A DNA stretch of 63,270 nucleotides, filler included, from Sluysia triapertura (GCA_046118255.1; 4 parts of 4 records of this genome joined end to end with filler, not necessarily neighbours in it), one strand, 5' to 3'; numbered from the whole stretch's first letter, positions 1-14,500 are shown. Made by a program: numbers and translations. The notes: a model not told the origin generated them from the sequence alone.

Positions 1-841
1 GTTTGTATTGTCATTTTTATAAAGAAAAATTTGTATTGTTATAATTTATATACTCTGATTGTAGTTTTGATAATATAGCGAATATATTGAGGTTTAGAGT
101 TTATTTAGTTATTGAGTTTTAATTTAATAATTTGGGAAAATAAAAGTATTAAAAGATACAACAAAATAATGTCTTCAAGCTTTTAGATATTATCGCATTA
201 ATTTCATTTTATTCAACTCGATTATTTTTAATCAGGTAACTGATTGACTGAGCTAGATTCAAATATTTTAAAAGATTATTTGCGAGACTGGAATGTTACT
301 TAAGTTTTTCACTACTTTTTTTAGTTGAGAATAATGGAAATTCCATTATTATTTTACTTTATTAAGAAAGTGTTACTTTAAAGTTTTAAAGGTTTTATGT
401 GTTAGTGTTTAGATGTTTTTAATGTTTGTGGAATTGGTTTTGTGATGAGTTATGTATTATTAATTTGTTTATATATATACTTTTAAATAAACCACCACAC
501 ATATCTGTTAATACTGGAAATGATCACCGATTATTATAATCGATATTATAAAAAGAATTTATTTCTAATAAACCAATTTTACGAAATGCATACCAGATTT
601 ATTGCATGTCTAAATCATTTTTAGTTGGTAAACCTCACCACATCAATAATATTCCTCACTGCGTATAGAAAAATGTTAGTATGACTTACATTAGATAATG
701 CAGCAAACATACTAAGGAACATTTCTTATGCGTGAAATCTACTTATAAGCTATTTATGTACTTTTTATATGTATATTGAATGGAATTTTATTTAATAAAT
801 TTTGAGAATACCAAGAGAAATTTAATGCCTTTGGTAATATT

Positions 842-1204
842 GTGATGAACATATTTACAGATTCGAACATTTTCAGTTTCACAACTTGGATACTGAAGAA
901 AAGAAACATAGAAAAATTCGAGTTAGGTTTATTCGCCTTAATTCCACTAGATTTAATTTTTGTGTATGGGCACTTCGTTAACAATTGGATAGCTCTAGGA
1001 AAAGAAAATAGACATTATTGCAAGAATCCATCTCTCAACTAAACGAATGTAACATTTGGACTTTGCTTTAAAGGTACACGGAAAAATTTAAATATTTTAG
1101 AAATACTAAGAAATTTTCATACCTTGATAATATTAATTGTTGCAATATTATTTGCTATTTTTCTCTCTATAGCGATACTTACAATTATTGTAATTCGTCT
1201 CTAA
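842..1204 (+). pseudogene. Possible decayed membrane-protein gene (Cys-Pro-containing segment followed by a C-terminal TM helix)
   Basis: ORF 842-1042 continues in frame past a TAA and over a 27-nt GT-AG intron (1074-1100) into EILRNFHTLIILIVAILFAIFLSIAILTIIVIRL*. The in-frame stop suggests decay; family unclear. Confidence 0.25.
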
Positions 1205-2254
1205 TATGTACAGATATTGTTTAACTTCCAATGATGAATTGGTACATTATATTATCTCACATACTGTCAATACTTTCCTTTACAAAGGACACACTTTAGA
1301 TATACTTTAATATCGTGTATCCTTTTGTAAATTTAAACTTCAACAAATTCATTTTGAAAGGTATTATACTCAGAATATTCAAACCCAAGTGAACCTGATC
1401 GATATTACAACACAATGTTGCATGGTGAATTGATGTACTGAATCACATACTAGGAAACATGTTTTTTACTTGATTGTATTTTGAATATCAATTATTCTTT
1501 CGTTTTCTATGAATTCACTGCAGATATTGAGTCCATAATATTAATATTACACTTCGTAAAATTTTACGAATATTCAATAATTAATATTTAAACAATTATA
1601 ATTTTTCATTAGTGAATTCAGTCTTCGGCAATGAAACTATGAAAATTTTTAATTTCATGCAAAACTAAATTGTTTCTTATGTATAATATTTTTCATAAAA
1701 GTTTATTTTTGTTTCACATTAAGCATAATATTAGAAATTTATTAAACTTAATTTTTAAAATATAGTTACTCTCGTTTTGCTACCAATGTTACTTTTTAGT
1801 TTCATATTTTAAGTTTTTAATGTAAGGCACAAATTTTTCTTGTTGCACTAATTTTTAGTTTTCAGTTAATTTGTTTAGTGTTTTTATGATGCGTAGTTGA
1901 ACGAATATTTGTTTAAAAAATGCTTTTGGATTTTCTGTTGTGCTACATTTGAAATAATAAACTAAATAATCATATGATTTAAATTAAAATAATTATTTAG
2001 TCATTTATATTATTTTTGAATAAAAGTATAACCCTTATATAATTTAAAATTAATGCTATTCTATAAAATTGAAGTGTTCTAGTTAATTCTTTAATTATAT
2101 TTATTCAATAAATTTTAAACACAGTATGCGATACATTAAATGCCATAAAGTCAAAATTTCGAATACGTATACAAATAATAATAATAATAATAGTAATTTC
2201 TTTTTAATGTAAAAATAATAACAATTTCTAAATATATATAAGTGAACTATATAT

Positions 2255-5200
2255 ATGTACATGAGTTCAGAAATTGGACCTACTAATGCTGAAGGTAAAT
2301 TAAATTTTAGCCTTATATATTTTAGAACCTGAATTTTTTTCTAGCATTAATTTAAAACATGATGAAAAAAATAAATATAAATCGTCGCACTTAATCATCA
2401 ATGACAAACAAAAGTCCTTTCAAAAGGCAGCTGACTATCAGTCTATATTAATCATACCTGATGATATTGATAATATGACCGATATCGATGCCGTCTCTGA
2501 TTACTTGTCATTTCAAACATCACTTGCCAAAAATGCAAAAATATGTGATATAAACAGTGAAATAGAAGCTGAGAAAAGTAATGAATCTTCTGTTTTCAAT
2601 TCATTCGAAAAATATTTTAATAAAGGTAAACGTTTAATTTTTCAATAGTTTTTTTAGAAAATAACGATTTTTCGGTGAAGGTTCCAGAATCAGAAACGTC
2701 TGGTTCCCGATATAAAGGTATGCTATCTAACTTAAGAGAAACACTAGAATCGATTCCACCTCCAAGTATTTCTGTCAATACAATAAAAGCAGAGCGGATT
2801 AAGCATCCTGAAAATGAAGATTTTAGTAGTGAAATAATATTAAAATTTATGGATCCAGAAACAACAATTAATGACAGTGTACTACCTAATTGTAAAAGTA
2901 GTTACGAATCAATGACTCCATATTTATCTGAATACAGAATAAAGAAGAAAAGAAATAGAAGAACAAAAGAAGAAATGCTTAGTAATGTTACAGGCCGTAA
3001 ATGTATGGTTTGCAGTGATGTAAGTAGTGGTGTTCATTATGGTGTTGAATCTTGTGAAGGTTGTAAAGGTTTTTTTCGTCGAGCTCTTAGTGATGATATT
3101 AAAGTTCGTATGAAATGCATTGGTGGTGCTAAGACGTGCAATATACAACCGGGTACGCGAAATCGGTGTCAATATTGTCGATTAATAAAGTGCTTAAGAG
3201 TAGGTATGTCTAGAAATGCTGTAAAAATGGGTAGAAGGAAAAGAAAAAACAACTCATCTGATGATGAAAATAGTGAAAAAGGTTGGTCTTAATTTTTATT
3301 TCACATTATTGAATAGAATTCTCAGAAGTCGAGTCAAATTCATTAAAAGAATTACAAGGAGTGCAAATAACAAATCAGTTAATAACAAGCTCGAGTTTAA
3401 GTATCAACGATGATTTGGCTTTAACTGATGAATTAGAAAAAGCTCGAGCTCGAAATGTAGTATTAATGAATAAGAAAAAAGGCAATCCACCAAGTTTTCT
3501 TAGTTCATCTAAACCTGCAAAACATACAATTCAAGAAAATTGTTACATTGAAGAATCAGATATTTTTTTACTAGCTGATGAAGATTGCTCAATATTATCT
3601 GAAACAAAATATGTACAAGATGAAGTTTCACAATCAGGCAAACATAATGACTCAATTCTCATAACATCTATGAATAATCAGTCTCGACAATCTTTAAAAT
3701 CTGCTGCTAATGATAAACAGGTGTGTTTGTTAATAAGTTATTTAATTGTTAACTAAAATCGCAATAGTAATTTTATATTTAAGGTATTGATTAATTGTTT
3801 CTCACAAAAAATATCTGCTTCAAAATGTAACTTTCCCAGCGTGACAAAACCGTTTTTGTATGTGAAATGCTAAAAAGTTTTAGAGTTTTAGATAAAATTA
3901 AACGTTTTTAAAAATAAAATGACATTACCATAATTTAAATAATTTTAATATTCAATTTTCTAAATTATGTGATTGAAATATTGCGCTGAAAAAATTGTGA
4001 AAGTTTCGTTTTATATGCAAGATGTGCAAAGCATGTAAGTTTATGTGGGGTTTTACAAAACGTTTTCTAATAATCAAACCTTTCACGAAATATAAGTGAA
4101 AAATTTATGCAAAAAACAAAATGTATTACAATTAGGCATTAAAAATTTCATTTAAATATCCACTATGGTTTCAATTCGAGAGTTATAATTGTCAAAGCCT
4201 TTCAGTAATTTTGATACAATCTTTCATAAATTTTCAATGTTATTTAAGCTCAGTATCTATGCTCTCTTAACATAAATTAAACTTTAAAAATTCAGAAAAA
4301 AGTTGCAAGATCACAGTGAACAATTCACATGACCATCTTGTAAAAATATGCATCGAAATTTTGACTAATAACTTTAAGTTTGATGGTGTTGTGCGGTTTC
4401 TAGCATAATTCTTTTGAAATAAAATACCAATTATGATTTTTAAAAATTTGAACTGACAAAATCTATAATAATAATAGTAATATATTGACGTATAGTGTGT
4501 TCATATCTACTGCAAAATAAGTACTCAAAAGCGCTTAAAGTAAATCATTCACTATAATATTTCTGAAACAGAACTTTGCCTTTTCCTTAAATATTTCAAA
4601 ATCTTCAAGTAATTTGACATTCTCTGGTAGCTGGTTGTATATTTTTGAAACAGGCGGTATAAAGCCTCTCACCTAGCTTATTATCATTGTGGATTATATA
4701 TAAGCTTATTATGTCTCAGTGAAATATTCATCTTGGTTTCTAAATTTTTTAATTATTTCTAAGATATTCAGAACTTCTCTAATATAAGCGTTTATAAATT
4801 ATTGTTATGATTTTGAATTCTATGTAATTACATGAGATCTTCCCACTTGAAAAATTAGTTTTATTGCTTGATTATTTATTGCAATTTTTTCACTTTTTAT
4901 ATGAAATTGAGTGCAGTATGCCATTGTTAAACTCCATGTTATTAGATATCAATGAATGAACAATTAGTTTAGCTGTAACTTTATTAATATTTGATACAAT
5001 TAATATTTTCTTCCATTTTCATTTTTGAATCCATACACACGAACATTATTAACAGAAATAGTGGCCAGTAATTCCTCTAAATCAGAAGTGGTCAACTAAG
5101 CTAATGATAGAGTCAATAATATCATATTAATATAAAATATTTAAGTAACAATAAAATAATTCAAATTTTGGAAATTAAATTTATATACTTTATAGAATAA

Positions 5201-8200
5201 TTGTTAATTTAGACATTCAAAAGTGTAAAAACTTAATATATCTGTTAAGCGAAACTTTAATATATTTAAACTTTATATATAAAACTGTATTTATACTATC
5301 ACGAAATGTAAGTGAAATTTTATGTTTCGAATCACTAATCAAGTTAAAGACTCATTCGAAACTATAAAAAGGATAAAAAAACGTTTTATTATAGCAATCA
5401 CTATTTTTTACATTTCTATGTTTATAATTTACAATCTTTTACATTTACCTAAGTAAAAACTGTTTTAGTAACTACAATACTAATAATTTAGAATAATTTA
5501 GAGCAAAATTTTTTAATTGAAATATTAAAAATTTAATATTTCAAAAAATCTTGTATATAAAATGAAACAATTCAAAATGTTTTTAATTAGAAAGCGAATA
5601 AAATTCCTTTTAAAGTATTTTTAAATTAAGATAATAAATATTCTTGAAATCATAGATGCTTCATAAAACTAAATTCAATTTTGTTGATTACGAACATTTA
5701 CTATCCACATTATTTGTATAGACCAAATGTTCTAGAAATTCATTATAATTTACGTTTAAAAGTATTCATTTAATTTTGGTAAGGAAATAGCTCAAAATCT
5801 TATTTTTTGGAATAAATTGGATGATAAAAAACTATTAAGTGCAAGAAGATGCCATTTTTGTTTTATCTTGACGATGGATTACATAAGTTATGCAATTGAA
5901 TGATTTTAAAGAATGAATATAAAGTATGCACAGAAGTGTCCTTAGATCAAGGTAAATAGTAATAAGATAGCACTTGTCTGAGAGTCATAACCAAAGTGAG
6001 ACTGGTGCACAAAGGTGATTAAACCGAGTAGATTTTTGGTAATACTCAACAGTATGAATCATATAAATAAGCTTACAGTACCATGCACACCACCGTAAAC
6101 AATCATTGCTTTAGACATCTTGATTCGGACGTTTCTTTATCCAATAGATAAAACAGTGAACTCGATTTTAAAATTTAATGACTTTTACAAACTAGATCGT
6201 ATAAAACCAAAGAATTGTATCTGAATGTCCAATAATTTCAAACGTCGATTGCATTCCAAACTAGGACACAATTAACGTTTTGAAAATTCTGTCTACTTGT
6301 AGTTTTCTAGTAATATAACGGGTTTTTCCGATTGTCCGAATATTGTAATGGGTTAGGTGAGCAATAAAATCGTTTTTCAAAATTTCTCAATAACCTGACA
6401 CTTTCTATTAAGAAGATGATTAGAATTCATTTTTGAAAACTTTTCATACTACTTGCGATGTGAGCGTCTTTAAACAAATTGAAATTGTACATTTATTTTA
6501 TGGTATATATCTGGTTGATAACATATTATTTCAATTTTTCGACCTTTTGAATTTACGGACTTTAGAGGTCTTTCAAGTTAAGAGATTTCAGATTGATTTA
6601 CGATAACATCGTTACTGTTTTGCCAAAATTCGGACAATAATAAGTCAAAATTTATTATGGGATGTTCTGGCATTAAAATATATAAACTGAATAAATTTTT
6701 TTAGGTAGTTGCGCTCAATTACAATTTTTGATATATACCAAACGTATAAAGTGAATCCAAAATAAAATAAAGCCAATCGTAGCTGTGTTGCCAATGAATT
6801 TTAAATCAGTAGTATTCATTGGCTTACATATAACGTGTATACTATCTGAATATGATAATGATGTCACCATTATTACTATTATTGCTATTGCTATTGCTAC
6901 TAACAGTACTATTATTATTACTATTATACCTCCTACTACTAATAATATTTAATTTTACAAATATTATATCTATTGCTATTATTTATTATTAAAATTATAC
7001 TAAATTAACCTTTGGTGTCCGAATGTTAGATATATCTAACATTTAAATTAATGGTCAAAATAGACGAATGTTATATATACCTAACATTTATAAAATTTAA
7101 TTTAATAAAAAAATCGTCTCAAGACAGTAGGATTGTTCATAAAAAATGGTTAAGTTTAAAAAATTGGTTTCAACCACACTGTAGTTTTTATAAATTCGTA
7201 TATTAAATTGTAATTAATGTCAATAATAATTATTATATTTGTTATCAGTATTTCATGTCACTTTTATAAATATGTACGAAATACTGTGTTTCGACAAAAA
7301 TTTTTGAATTAGCACTTTTGAATATTTATGCAAGAGTCGTTACTGCGTAAATTAACATTTTTTAAATGAATTTTTCTGAAATCATATTTAATGATCCATT
7401 TCCTCTTCACATTTAATTTCTTGATTTTGTTTGAGGTTAGTAGAACTAACATTTAAAAACAATTATCACTCATTACGTCGTTGAGAATTTCGATAATTAT
7501 CTTTAAATTTGAGTTTGGGATCATGAGTATTATCATTTATGGACCTAATAAATGACTATTGTATTTTCGCCGTATTTTCTTTTAATTTATACATATTTTA
7601 ATTTTTTTATAAATATTTTAATACATATTTCGCTTTGTTTATGTATGTTTTAAATAATTCCCACTATAAATTGAAAGCTAATGGATAAATATGTTATAAG
7701 TAATTGATTTGGTATGATAATAGTCTAAGTTGAAGAAGAATGTATTTATATTGTAATTGATTTTAATAGCATTTTAAAGTGTTGAATTAGTGATTATAAG
7801 AACTAGAGTGTGCTAAATTTGAAGGTGTCCGCGTTAGTTTTTTTTGTGTGAGTAGCAGTAATAATTTTATTAGTTTTAAACATGTTTTGAAATTTGAAAG
7901 ATCTATAAGATTTAAAAAATAGAAAATCATCAGAATTATGAAAATATATTATATAATTCTGGAAGTTTTATTCCGAAATATTTTTACTTTCGGAAGTAGA
8001 AATAGAAACATTAATAACTTTTTATTCAGATCGAGAAAATACCTATCTCAACTTCTACTTTTGAAAACAGAAAATCTTTCCCTTTGAATTCAACAGTTTA
8101 TATAGAAAATTCTACAAAGAATGAAAAAGGTTCTTCATTATTATAATATGACTGACATGAAAATTCAATATAGATAGTATGAAGATTTCACCATTTAGAA

Positions 8201-10853
8201 AAAGGCTAATTAAAAATGTAACTTCATCTCTTAATTCGAAGCGACAACAATTGCAGCATATCAGTTTGATGGATGATAATAAAATATTGCCTTACAATTC
8301 CAAACAAACCCTATATAAATTTAATGACAAATCTCAAGGAAAAATGAAACTTTTACCTAGTAAGTGATACTTAAAATTAATAACTTCATTTATGTAATGA
8401 GCAATAAATATAGAATTTAAAATAAATAAGTTAAATTTAAAACAAATCCAAATAATGATAAAAGAAAGTTAATTATAATTTTGAATAAATAATTTAAAAT
8501 TTTTTAACTATTGAAAATCTATTTTATTTATAGTTAAAGTTAAATATACTCAAATTAATTTAATAGTTACAATTTTAATATGATGAATGTAACTTAAAGT
8601 TAATTTAATTGTATTTAAACTTTCCGTATGTTACTGAAAAGATTAGAAGTTAGTTCATAATAATTGAAACAAATATTTATAGAAAATTACGCAATTTCTA
8701 TATTATTTAATTTGTCATCGAATTTGAAATTTCAAAAAAAATATTTTTTATATTTCAAGAATATGTATGAAATTAAAGTAACACTTTTTTAACAATTGAT
8801 GTCATACAAAAACATTAACTACTAAAACTTTGTTAAAGAAATTGATGCGTATAATTTTTAAAATTTCTTTATTTATATAATATCAATAGTTTGTTTAAAT
8901 AATTCGACGTTAATAAGAAAAATGAAAGAGTGTTATTACTGTATGTCGTCCGACCATCACTTTAAATGTCATATATGTGGTAAATTGTTATGTGAATATT
9001 GTAGCAATATTCATGACGAAAAATCAATATGTATTATATGTGTTGCGAGTTTAACGAAAGATGAGCAAAAGGTTTGTTAAATAATTACATGCTGCTTAAT
9101 TAATATTTTAGACAAATTTCAAGATTATTAAAGGGTTTAAGAAATTTATTGATTTAAATGATAATATAATAAATTTTAAATCGAGAAAAATAGATATAGA
9201 AAAAATAGATCATGTTCCATTTAGCTCAATTCGTGATAGATTATCAATGTTCATAGTTGATGCTAATCGAATATTAAGAAAAATGGAAGAAACTACAACA
9301 GAAACCGAAATATTCCAAAAAGAAACATTAGTTCCGTATATGGATTTTTTAATTAAACATTGCTTAGCAACATTATGCGGTGTGGATGAAGACGAATCTG
9401 GCATGGATGATACTAGTAGTGCTATTGAAAAAACAGTTTCAAGTGACGAAAAATCAGAAAGTAATATACACAAAAATAATTGCAATAAAGCAGATCATAA
9501 TACAACACAAATCATTGAGTTACAAACAACTGAATTAGATAATACAGACTATGAAAAGAATAAGCATTTAGTTAAGCCACATGTTGATTCAAAATATAAT
9601 CCTAAAAAGTTTTGTGTAGTTTATACTGATGCAATGTCACAATCAAGTAGATTATCGATTAAACCTCGATCATGGGAGACAGGCAAAGCAATAATTAAAG
9701 AAAATATGAAGTATAGAAAAAGGTCCAGTGACCCAAAAAATACACCAGGAACAAGCAATAAAATGCAAAAAATAGGAAATTCTAGTAGCTGTGAATATAT
9801 TGAGAGAAATGACCATAATTGTAATATAAACTTGACAAATTTGTTAAGTTTACGCAAGCCTGTAGTAAGTGATCTTATTAAAGACTTAAATAACAACCAA
9901 TCACCGTGTAAGTCTACGAATAAATCACTTGAAAATAAAGATGATTCACGGAAATCAGATGATATTAATCATACAAGTATAATAAAACAGGTATACGATA
10001 GTGAGACTTCAAAAGAATTCAGAGTATGTGATAGAAAACGTCGTAATTACAATGAACCCGATCATAGCAATCATTCAAATTATGATTGCAGTGATATCAC
10101 ATCCAATTATAGAAAAGATTGATTAACTTGCATCATGGGTTAAAAAGCATATCATTAATTTGAATATAATTTAATTTTTTTTCCTTTAATTTTGTGAATT
10201 TTTTTAAAATATTTTAATTAACAAGTTTATAATGTAATTGTTGTATTTATTAAATTATTGATTGTAATGTTTAGTAATAATTATTCACAAATTCACTGGT
10301 CATAGTTTATAATTTATTTATTCGATAGAGTCAGTTTAATTCACGTACCCGAATTAATTAACCCGAAAAAAATTAATATGTTGATTTAATGTTTATTTTT
10401 AGTGAAACCACTAAAACCTCTTACTCATATATCGAATTTGTGTTTTGTCTCCGAACAAGTTTATAATTTAACAGTTAACATTCAACCAGCATTCAAGGAT
10501 GTCTTTCGGAAACACATTGATATGTTTCAAAAATATACTAAATTACAATTAAATACATATAATGAAAATACATTGAATATTTTATTTGCTGGACAAAATT
10601 GGAAAGTATATTTAAATTTTAATTTTATTAACAGTGATTTAATGTTATAACTTGAAATTTACTTATACTTTGATTTTAGGAAGAAGACTGTGTTAATGTT
10701 GATTTGAAATCACAAACAAGATCTTGGTGGGCATTTCAAACTCGGTTTAACGATATAATTCAAGACATAGTAAAGTTTGCTAAGCGCATTCCCGGCTTTG
10801 CAAATCTTAATTCAGATGATCGTGTAAATTTAGTCAGAAATGGTTGTTTTGAG
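2255..10853 (+). CDS. Nuclear hormone receptor, NR1 family (E75/E78/Rev-erb/HR3-ROR-like); 3' end incomplete
   Basis: Phase-consistent exons: 2255-2294, 2326-2625, 2658-3281, 3317-3720, 8030-8129, 8174-8359, 10403-10605, 10680-10853. C4 DBD with P-box CEGCKG and the NR1-like extension [14 protein letters not shown] helix 3-5 signature [43 protein letters not shown]. Linkage of the middle exons is inferred from splice phase. Confidence 0.88.
3002..3208 (+). other. zf-C4 nuclear receptor DNA-binding domain
   Basis: [27 protein letters not shown]...CIGGAKTC...[17 protein letters not shown], uninterrupted within exon 3. Confidence 0.97.
4465..4903 (-). mobile_element. L2/CR1-clade LINE 3' fragment (copy 1), in a nuclear receptor intron
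   Basis: Aligns by eye with 48185-48643 and 33853-33978. Minus strand encodes [25 protein letters not shown] (ORF2 C-terminus-like), then AAGCGCTTTTGAGTAC..TAGATATGA and a (TAT)n tail. Confidence 0.7.
7005..7088. mobile_element. piggyBac-like terminus with a twice-repeated subterminal palindrome
   Basis: TTAA|CCTTTGGTGTCC followed by the perfect 22-bp palindrome AATGTTAGATATATCTAACATT (7022-7043) and an imperfect second copy (7067-7088). Partner end not found. Confidence 0.45.
8922..10122 (+). CDS. C8 (4x CxxC) zinc-finger protein, ~386 aa; nested gene or alternative exons of the nuclear receptor
   Basis: Exon 8922-9071 ([50 protein letters not shown]), then a 40-nt GT-AG intron (9072-9111), then exon 9112-10122 in frame with ORF 9247-10122 and ending in TGA. 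The frame is also open back to an AG acceptor at 8888-8889. Confidence 0.75.
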
Positions 10854-11509
10854 GTTATTTCACTATTTATATTTTTATATATAACATGAATATATCGACA
10901 AAAAAGTGATTTATTATTTAAGTTCTTTCATTTATTGTTTGTATTTTTATTACGTGCGCATTTTTGAATATTACGCAGCCTTAATTATAAACTGAAAAAA
11001 ACTTAGGTAGTTTATTAAAACTTATACAATATTAACTAATTTTATATTAGCAGAATTTAGCATTTAAATTGTTAGATTTAATATTATCCTGTTAGTCGCG
11101 TTCTCGATCGACCATTAGAATTAAATATGATAGTGTAAAGTAAACTTTTATGTACTGTAAAACTTCTAATTTGTTCAAATTAATAATTATTAGACCCATC
11201 TTGTCTGACTAAGTCATTAAAGAATTAACAGTATCTCACAACTCAATAGAATTAGATCCGGACTTTACTTGAAATAAAAGCTTTATACTTTAACAAAAAC
11301 TGTATTGCGATAGTCATTCCGCCATTCCTTAATTTGTCACAATCAAAAACTAATGGATACTCAAATTCCATTATTCATTACCTCAGATTTTGCATCTGTT
11401 TGCAAGAAGCAGAGGATACACAACATAGAAAATCCCTAAAAAAATTTCATGACATGAAGTACCGCTAGCATAAAAATTTGATCATTGTTTCTGTTTGAAT
11501 TTTTAATGA

Positions 11510-11510
<1 letters not shown>

Positions 11511-11576
<66 letters not shown>
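11511..11576. repeat. (ATT)n microsatellite
   Basis: About 22 perfect ATT units. Confidence 0.97.
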
Positions 11577-14500
11577 GAATTTGGAATCATATTTTGAGTA
11601 AATAATTCCATATTACGCTAAGATGATTAATAAGTAGTTTGTAACTTCACATTTTTTGTTTAATAACTTTGAATTTTGATTGTTACGTTTATAAAATCGA
11701 AGATGTTCCTTCAGTATTAATCATTGGATATCTTTGATGTTGCTACATTTGGAATTAATGATAGTTTGGCGCTTAATTTCATATCTAAACTTAAAATTTC
11801 TTCCTTTTTTGTTTATCTTTTGAAACAATGATTGAAAGAAATACAGAGAATCAACCGTTTATTAATTACTTAATAATTGGTGCGTTAAAACTAATTTTTG
11901 CAAATTCTATTTATTAAAAATTTTGAATATTTTTATTTTTAAAAGTTGACATTTTAAAATTAGATAACCACATTTATCATTACTTGTATTAGTCTTTTCA
12001 CTTCTATTTTATTAAAATCATGCTTAATTCGTTGCCTTAGTTATTAGCTAACAAAATTCCATTCTGTATTCTATTGTTAGTTCTTATTACATTGTGGACT
12101 ATAATGTTGTATAATATATTATATAATGTAACGGAAATTATAGAATAATGTATGTACTCAAATATTATGACTGTTTAAAATTTTTTTAGGTAATATTTAG
12201 TAATAAAACTATTTTTCTAAATTTTATTAACGATCACGAAATCAGATAAGGAAATCAGACATTCGATTGAATTTTAATTGCATAGATCTTGAAAATTTAA
12301 AATTTATTTATGAGAGCTTGAATAGAGTTAATTGTAAGTATCATCCAGGCGAAACTTTAATTGAAGATTATGTAGCTGCTATTTCAGAAAGTTAAAGATT
12401 TCCAACCTGAACGGCTAACGATTAAGATTCGAAATATATGATTTGCATTGTTGACGTTGACATAATGCAGGTCTTAAGTTTAAACGTTTGTTATTTAACA
12501 GTGGAATATACATTTGTCAATGTCAAATTCAAATTGTGTGGCCATTCAAATCCAAGAAATGGCTAGGGTGTATCTTCAGTAAATTAAAATAGTCTTGTTA
12601 CCTTTATTTGAAATTGAGTGAACTTGAAAAAATAAATTTAGAAATAATTCCAAATAATTTAATGTTATAACAGTTCAATTCGGAGATGCCTCTTGTTCGA
12701 TCGAAATGAATATTTCAGAAGATATTTCACATATTTTGTTAATAGAACCAGTTATGTTTGAAGAGCCATTTAAATGTCGATAGAATGTTATCGAAATACA
12801 ATATTAACATTTCTGAAGCCAATGCTGATAATACAAGTTCTTCAGTGAAAAGAGTTAAAGTACACTTTTATGTTATGCCATTTCAAAAGCACTGGATAAT
12901 TCTTACAAATTTCAAATCGTTTTATATACAGTTGTCCATTTATAATGTATTTATAATTAAGATATGTGAAAACCTTTATTTTGGTCCTGTAGTCAGGTTT
13001 TGCAAAGTAATGCAGTCTTCCAACTGTAATGTCCTAATACATAATTAATAGTAATAATAATAATCATATTATTATTATAAAAAATCAACACGAAAAACTA
13101 AATGAAAAACGAAATACTAACAACCACGGAATGAAAATAAATAAATGAAAAAATAAATTCTAATATAATATTATCGAAGGAAATTAATAAAAATAAATTG
13201 AATGATTTTAAATGTTGAAAAATTATAGAATGGAATTGAAGAATTTATCGACCATATTATAATAAAAGTGGAATACACTGTTTAAAGTAGAGTTTTCTGC
13301 TTTAATATTTGAATACGCAATTAATTTGGGATTTGCAACTGGTTTTGGGACAAGTTTTTTTGTATTAATATTGATTAACCATTTTTGGTTATATAATTTA
13401 GTAAGTACAATATCCAAATTTAAAATTAAATAATAGTTGCACAAATTAAAAATATATCAAGTTACATACAGTCGCATAATTATACTTTAATATTTGTTTT
13501 GTTAGGAAATATGCCTTAATGTTAAGCGTTTAATTCGAGACTAACTTATTCTAACATCCAAAATTTGCATTTTCATATCTTCTATTAGATATGCGTTCAG
13601 AACTAACTTCAGCAATATAAAGATTAATTATAAACCGATTTAATTAATAGAAACGTGCTATACAGGTGAATTCGAATAAATGTAATATACCGATAAATTA
13701 TTTCAAACTTATCGAATTTATACTATAAATAAAAATTCACAGACTTCCTAATATTTTCAATCAAAAGTAACGTTACAATGTTGTGTTGAACATGACTGAA
13801 GCTATTTATGATGTGACAATCGTGACAAAAATATTGTGTAGTAAAGAAGTGCACGATTAGCAAAAAAATGTTATGAGGATAGTTCAAAACATATACATGC
13901 TCCATTTTGCTTGTTTGGCAATACCGTTTTCTAAGCAGTATCATACTTTAGTTATTTAAATTTTAGTAAGAATCATTCCTTGGTTTATTACTGGTTTACT
14001 AATAGAAACAAAATACATTTTGAAAAATATTCTAAATTACAAATTCACAGCTCTTACATTGAATAATTATACAAATAAGCTTATGATTAAACAAATCATT
14101 AATTATAATGTACAGATTGCACAAACTTTGTTTCCAACTACAACTATAGGTAAAATAAGTCAAAAACGATCTGTATAGATCTGGCTTGAAAATCAGTTGT
14201 TTAATAATCGCCTTTCGTGGATTAAGACCTAAAAAATCTAAGTATATTTTAAATACTTATTGCATCATCAAACAAATTTTGATAAAACTAAATGAACAAA
14301 AACTTTCTCTTCCGAGGGTTTTCTTTCGTATGATCCATTTTTATCCTCTAATAGGGGTTGCACCTTACATTTTCTGTAGCTCTTTGACATTGAATGGAAT
14401 TTTTATACAATAAATTTAAACTTTTTTTGATAATCCATATATCTCGTTAATATTTATATTATGCAGTACAATCGATTGTATAAAAAACTTTTTGCGCAAA

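Noticed and set aside
6070-6673. Minus-strand frame [10 protein letters not shown]...[11 protein letters not shown] in the receptor intron
   Set aside because: About 8 stops in 170 codons and no recognisable family; cannot be told from random or ancient transposon sequence by eye.
2924-9896. Minus-strand ORFs 2924-3172, 9210-9485 and 9621-9896
   Set aside because: Antisense shadows of real plus-strand exons.
12190-13048. Candidate next LBD exon (acceptor at 12189) and ORF 12758-13048
   Set aside because: The translation after the acceptor stops in 19 codons with no LBD helix pattern; the region looks like decayed sequence.
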